Under the pieces are notes generated by a model that worked only from the letters and a program-made list of their open reading frames with translations, was not told where the DNA came from and searched no databases. This document shows, piece by piece, positions 57,459 to 64,000 of a DNA stretch of 64,000 nucleotides (position 1 is the first letter of the stretch; each line of letters opens with the position of its first letter). The stretch is from NCBI RefSeq assembly GCF_009914755.1, contig NC_060941.1. One strand, given 5' to 3'. The translations under genes and the position numbers were made by a program. This stretch comes from the human T2T-CHM13v2.0 reference genome, Homo sapiens.

Positions 57459-59627
57459 AATAATTCCTTTTAAAATCAGCACGTAGCTTTTGTAATTTCC
57501 AAGAGTATGTGTTCCATAAGAAGGACAGCTGGAGTCTTTTTACCTGGTATATATCCCCGAGAAAGATCTTGAGTGGTTTGTTCACGACCAAGGAAAGAAA
57601 CTACCTCCTTGAAAACTGGACTGGTTTTAGAGAATAAAGTATAGGATGTGAGTCAGAAAAACTCTGGGCCAAAAAATAAAATGTTTAAGATGCTAACGCA
57701 CCAGGGTTTGGGCACGTCCAGCACTCTCAACGGTATTTTCAAATGAGAGTCTGCCCTGTGTCATCCAGGTTCTCATCATGGAGGAATCAGCAGGTCCAGG
57801 CTAGGGCCGCAGAATACTTTTTGTCATGCAAAGAGCCTGTCCAGGGTATAGAGAGCCAGCCATGGCCCATGTCCTATCAAATATTCTCCTTTTTCGGAAA
57901 AAGCTCTAAGCATTTGCAAAACATCTGTTTGCTCCATATTTTTACTATCCAAAAAATGTATTTCCTCTTCAGTAAAAAACACAACAATAGGCTGTTAAGC
58001 CTGTAACATTTTACCATAATTCTATGTTTTCAAAAGCTAGAAATCATTTGTATTGCCGGATAAGGACATTATTTTAAGTAGACTTTAGTCTACAACAGAA
58101 ACTTGCCGTAACAATGAAAATGTTTTTTGGCAAATCCCTTTCTGAACATTATTTCTCCACGAACGTATCACAAAAACCACCACCAAGGAAAACAAAGGAT
58201 TCTCGTATTTTGAATCAAAAAGTACTGGCCATGCATATTCATACTATATCAAGCATGTCAATCAAAATGGGCAAAATAACCTAAAAAGCAGTAAAAATGC
58301 CAACTCTTGCCTCTGAGTGGTTAGTGAACCTATGTTTTCCCAATATGAAATTTACAAACTGCATCGGATCAACTGTATTTCATACTTTAAATCTCGAATC
58401 TCTACCTCCCACTGCTTCGGGATGGATGATTTACTCAAGACATTTGGGGTCACAGTGTAAGCCTTTTGCTCCCAGTAAATCTAAATCATGCTTCTCAACA
58501 AGATTCTGCACATATAAAAGGAACACGTGGCACGCCTCGCCATGCTCCCCAGAGGAAACTAAACGCCCCCAGAATAGCCCTTCTGTCCACTCCAGAAACA
58601 GGCTTTCCTCAAAAAGGGAAAGGGGCTGGATTCACACGTTGCATCATATACACTCACGAAGCAACAGCGCTCCAAAACTTTTTCTGACTCCATTCATTAC
58701 AAAATGTCCTGGATGTGCTTTATTATCACAGAGACAGACATCCTCACCCAAGGGACACACTCAGAAACCCAAACTCAACTCGGCAGCAAACTGGGAGACA
58801 CGAGAAGTTGACAGCAAAGTATCCATTTCCCCAAATCCTCCTTCTTCCAGTCAATGTGCATCGATGGGGTCAGCTCAGCCCTTAACTCGAAGACCCCGGG
58901 ACCACAGGGGCCACCACGCAGCTGAGCTCTGCACAGCCCGGGCTGTTCCCGCGCCCGGGAGGCGTCTGGGGAGGAGGCTGGACGGCCAGACAATGCAAAG
59001 CTCCCCGGTGGCCGCGAACTCAGCCTGGGGCGGGGGAGGCGGGGGCGGGAGACGGAGCCGTGAGCGCCCTTCTCGGCCACAGCCACGGCCACGGTCACCG
59101 GCCGCCTCTCCTGACCTCGGCCTCGGCCCCCAGGTCCCCGGTCCCCGGGGAAGGGGCTCCGGGAAGGCAGGTTTCTCCCGGAAAGAAAGGAAACGCGCTG
59201 GTTTGGGCGCCACGGGCGGGGGGCGTGCGCCCTCCCCTCCCCTCCCCTCCCCACTGTGGGAATCCGCGGGGGTCGGCGGCGGAGGCAGGAAGGGCCTGGC
59301 GCCTCTGCTCGCGGGTGAAGGGGTCGCGGAACCGGGATCCCCGAGCGCAGCCGCCCCCACCCGAGGCTCCCAGCGTGTGCGGACGGAGGGGCTCGAGCCG
59401 GGATCCCGGGGGCCGAGGGGGGTCCAACTTTCCAGGGCGGGCGCAGCGCAGCACTCGAACCAAAGAGGGGTCCTGGGATGAGGGTGCGGGCACAGCGCGG
59501 AAGGGGGGGGGCAGAGGCGGGGACGGCGGGGTGGGGGGCGGGGAGAGGACAGTGGGTCGGGGGGCGGGGGACTGGGGGCAGGGGTCGGGGGGTGGAGGGC
59601 GGGCAGGGGGACAACGGGGTTGGCGGA

Positions 59628-59688
59628 GGGCAGGGGTAACGGGCGTGGGGGGCGGGCAGGGGTAACGGGCGTGGGGGGCGGGCAGGGG
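59628..59688. repeat. 26-bp G-rich tandem repeat (about 2.4 copies) next to exon 1 donor
   Basis: CAGGGGTAACGGGCGTGGGGGGCGGG at 59631 and 59657, partial at 59683. Confidence 0.8.
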
Positions 59689-59711
59689 CCGGCGAGGCCC
59701 GCGCCGCTCAC

Positions 59712-60071
59712 CTTCCTGTGCTTCTCCTTGTAGGGCAGCGCCAGCCACGGCATGTCCCGCACGAAGTCCTGCCACTGCCGCTGGTCCTGGTCCGAGGACA
59801 CGAAGACGATCTCCAGGCGCCGCCGCGGCTCGGGCTCCGCCGCCGCCCCGGCCCCCGCTCCCGGCCCCGGCCCGGCCGCCGCGTCCCCCCGCAGGCGCCC
59901 GTAGAAGGCGGCCAGGCTGGCGCTGAGCTGCGCGCAGGGGGCGCTGAGGCTGCAGCCGAAGTAGAGACCCAGCAGCGAGATGCCGCGGGCGCCCAGCGAG
60001 TGCACGTCCACCTCCTCGCCGCCGCCCGTCACCAGCTTCTCGCCGAGCAGCTCCTCCAGGAAGCCCGACAT
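59712..60071 (-). CDS. NXN: Nucleoredoxin coding exon 1 (aa 1-120, N-terminal thioredoxin-like domain)
   Basis: Translation MSGFLEELLGEKLVTGGGEEVDVHSLGARGISLLGLYFGCSLSAPC...LEIVFVSSDQDQRQWQDFVRDMPWLALPYKEKHRK is recognisable as human NXN. ATG at 60071 with A at -3; 360 nt to phase-0 donor AAG|GTGAGC at 59712/59711. Confidence 0.97.
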
Positions 60072-60196
60072 CCTGGCCCACCGCAGGGCGGGCAGGCGGC
60101 TGCGACCCCGCTCCACGGTCCGCGCGGCGGGAGGAGGCGGCGGCGTCGGCGGCAGGCGCTGGGGAGAGCAGAGCCCGGCCCAGTAGGGCCGCCCAC

Positions 60197-60341
60197 GCCA
60201 CGCCCCCTCCGCCTGCCCGCGCCACGCCCCTTCCCCCGCCCTGCCACGCCCCCTCCGCGGCCCGCGCCACGCCCCTTCGGCTGCCCTCGCCACGCCCCTC
60301 CGCCCGCCCTCGCCACGCCCCCTCCGCCCTCGCCACGCCCC
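60197..60341 (-). promoter_or_regulatory. Proximal promoter array of 7 GCCACGCCCC (KLF/SP) boxes
   Basis: Exact decamer starts at 60197, 60221, 60243, 60266, 60289, 60312 and 60332. Confidence 0.8.
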
Positions 60342-61087
60342 GTTTGCGGCCGGCGGTGGCCAGAGCTCTCCGCCCAGGCGGGGTCCGCAGCTGCCGGCCG
60401 CGGTGCGCGGGGTGACTGCTTGGGCGAGAAGCCGGACCCGAAACGCCGCACTCTCCCTGGAAAGCCCACGGCCGAAGTGAAGAAAGGAGAAGGGCCCGCT
60501 GAGCCGGCGCTTTCCCGGGCTGCAGCCCGGCCCGCATTTTCTCTCCTCCCCAGTTCTAAATTCCCTCCAGACCTCCAGGGATCCCGCCCCCTCCCCGCGG
60601 AGCTCTTCACCCTCTTCCTGTTCCTCCCCGGCCTTTCCCTCCTCCTCTCCCTGCACGAAGCCTGACCCTTAGGCCGCTCCGGGCCCCACTGACCCTGAGA
60701 TGCTTATAGGACCCGCCGTCCTCACTGCATCAGGCCGGGCCTGGCTGGACACTGACTCCTCTGTGTGTTCCAAGCTGTTCTAAGGGGGCCGAGGACGCCC
60801 TCGCAGCTTCTGGTGGGGTCTGGTTAGGGTGCCAGGTCTCAGTGTGGGATTTCCGTCCAGGGGTCGCCGGGGCCTCTCCCCCCAGCGAATCTGTCTTCCA
60901 GCCCCACAAATGGATGCAAAGGACGCCGCGGGGCCTCCAGACCAATGCTGGCCGCGCTCCTGAATCCGCTCCATCCTCATGTCAAGTCTATGGATAGTTG
61001 AGAACATTTCTAGAGATTTTTTTTTTCCTACCAGCTGGCAGGATGCTCCCCAATGCTTAGGGAGAAGCTGGATTAAACAGGTGGTCT

Positions 61088-61390
61088 GGGCCGGGCGCGG
61101 TGGCTCACGCCTGAATTCCCAGCACTTTGGGAGGCCGAGGTGGGTGGATCACAAGGTCAGGAGTTCGAGACCAGCCTGGCCAATATGGTGACACCCCCCC
61201 CCCGCCTCTACTAAAAATACAAAAATTAGCGGGGTGTAGTGGCAGGCACCTGTAATCCGAGCAACTCAGGAGGCTGAGGTAGGAGAATGGCGTGAAGCCG
61301 GGAGACGGAGGCTGCAGTGAGCCGAGATCGCTCCATTGCACTCCAGCCTGGGCAACAGAGCAAGACTCCGTCTCAAAAAAAACAAAAAAA
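61088..61390 (+). mobile_element. AluS/Y
   Basis: TSD AAACAGGTGGTC. Confidence 0.9.
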
Positions 61391-61608
61391 CAGGTGGTCC
61401 GTGGCGAGTACTCTGGCCACGCAGCGCCTCCCCCCAACCCAACCCACTGGTGCACGAAGCAGGTGCAGATCCGGGCCCAGCCACAGTAACAGGCCGCCGG
61501 TGTGGATCAGCTACTGACGACTCAGCGAAAGCAAAAAAATAAAAGCTGAAAACCCGCCCCTCTCAGAGCTTCCACCGCCGCTTCGGAGGATATTTCCTGT
61601 GCATCCAT

Positions 61609-61621
61609 CGCCACCTAATGG
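61609..61621 (-). promoter_or_regulatory. CTCF-like motif CCATTAGGTGGCG
   Basis: 12/13 match to CCASYAGRKGGCR in unique sequence upstream of NXN. Confidence 0.45.
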
Positions 61622-62138
61622 AAAGAGTGAAAAATGAGGCCGACCAAACTCCATTTGTGAAAAGACACTGCCGGGACACCAGGCACAATGCTTTTATTTT
61701 ACAGCAGCTTTCCACATACACAAATGATAGGACGCTTTGCGGGAGCTAATTTAAACCTCAGAATAGAACTTCAAGCTTTTGGCACAAAACGTAAGTGTTC
61801 ACATCGAAGGTTCTCCGTTTTTCTAGGGTAGAATAAGGAATGGTGCAGGGTTCCAGCTTGGTGAAATGTTACCATATAAAACAATTGGGAGAGGTGGAGA
61901 TGGGAGCGGAAAGTGGACTGGCGTCTCTACAAGTTATATCCACTTCCTTAGTCACCTGCTGGTATTGCTAATGACACAGGTAAGATCTTAGATGGAGGAC
62001 CGCCTTCGAACACCCTAGAATCCTACTGCAAAGTCGAATTCCACCTTAATTCTCAGGAGACTTTCATGCTGAAAGTCTGTGCCACTGTAGGGACAATATT
62101 ATAAAACACACACAGAAAGCATCACTTTTTAGTGAAAA

Positions 62139-64000
<1,862 letters not shown>

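Larger units (their letters stand above)
58880..60720. promoter_or_regulatory. NXN: CpG island over NXN promoter, 5'UTR, exon 1 and start of intron 1
   Basis: Very GC- and CpG-rich and repeat-free; surrounds the start codon. Confidence 0.9.

Noticed and set aside
58078-58093. GTAGACT-TT-AGTCTAC palindrome
   Set aside because: A 7-bp stem is expected by chance in 64 kb.
58875-60656. 593-aa ORF as a single-exon NXN protein
   Set aside because: Only 59712-60071 matches NXN. A canonical donor follows, and the flanks are open because of CpG-island composition.
58297-60665. 394-, 315-, 279- and 480-aa overlapping ORFs in the CpG island
   Set aside because: Low-complexity GC-driven frames with no recognisable domain.

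Overview
Human (primate) genomic DNA, Alu-dense with roughly 70 Alu copies or fragments by eye. It contains the 5' end of NXN (nucleoredoxin, 17p13.3) on the minus strand. Coding exon 1 is 59712-60071 (120 codons, MSGFLEELLGEKLV...KEKHRK, followed by a GTGAGC donor) and sits in a CpG island. Positions 1-59711 are intron 1 and about 60.2-64 kb is promoter and upstream sequence. Intron 1 carries a processed pseudogene of MICOS13 (C19orf70/QIL1), antisense to NXN. It also carries four minisatellites (43, 57, 19 and 64 bp units), several short tandem duplications, and fossil Tigger3, MER30, MER5A, L1, L2, MIR and CR1/L3 elements. Upstream are a phased 7x GCCACGCCCC (KLF/SP) array, a CTCF-like motif and a solo LTR13 inserted into an Alu. 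Nearly all ORFs in the track are Alu- or repeat-derived artefacts. I cannot demonstrate a new biological system. The best leads are the ATG-initiated 539-codon repeat ORF and higher-order structure of the 57-bp VNTR, the 2.9-kb G-rich array on the NXN sense strand, the antisense MICOS13 retrocopy, perfect TCF/LEF sites inside a Wnt-regulator gene, and a near-cognate N-terminal extension of NXN. Repeat family names are from recalled consensus sequences, and repeat boundaries are approximate unless junctions are stated.
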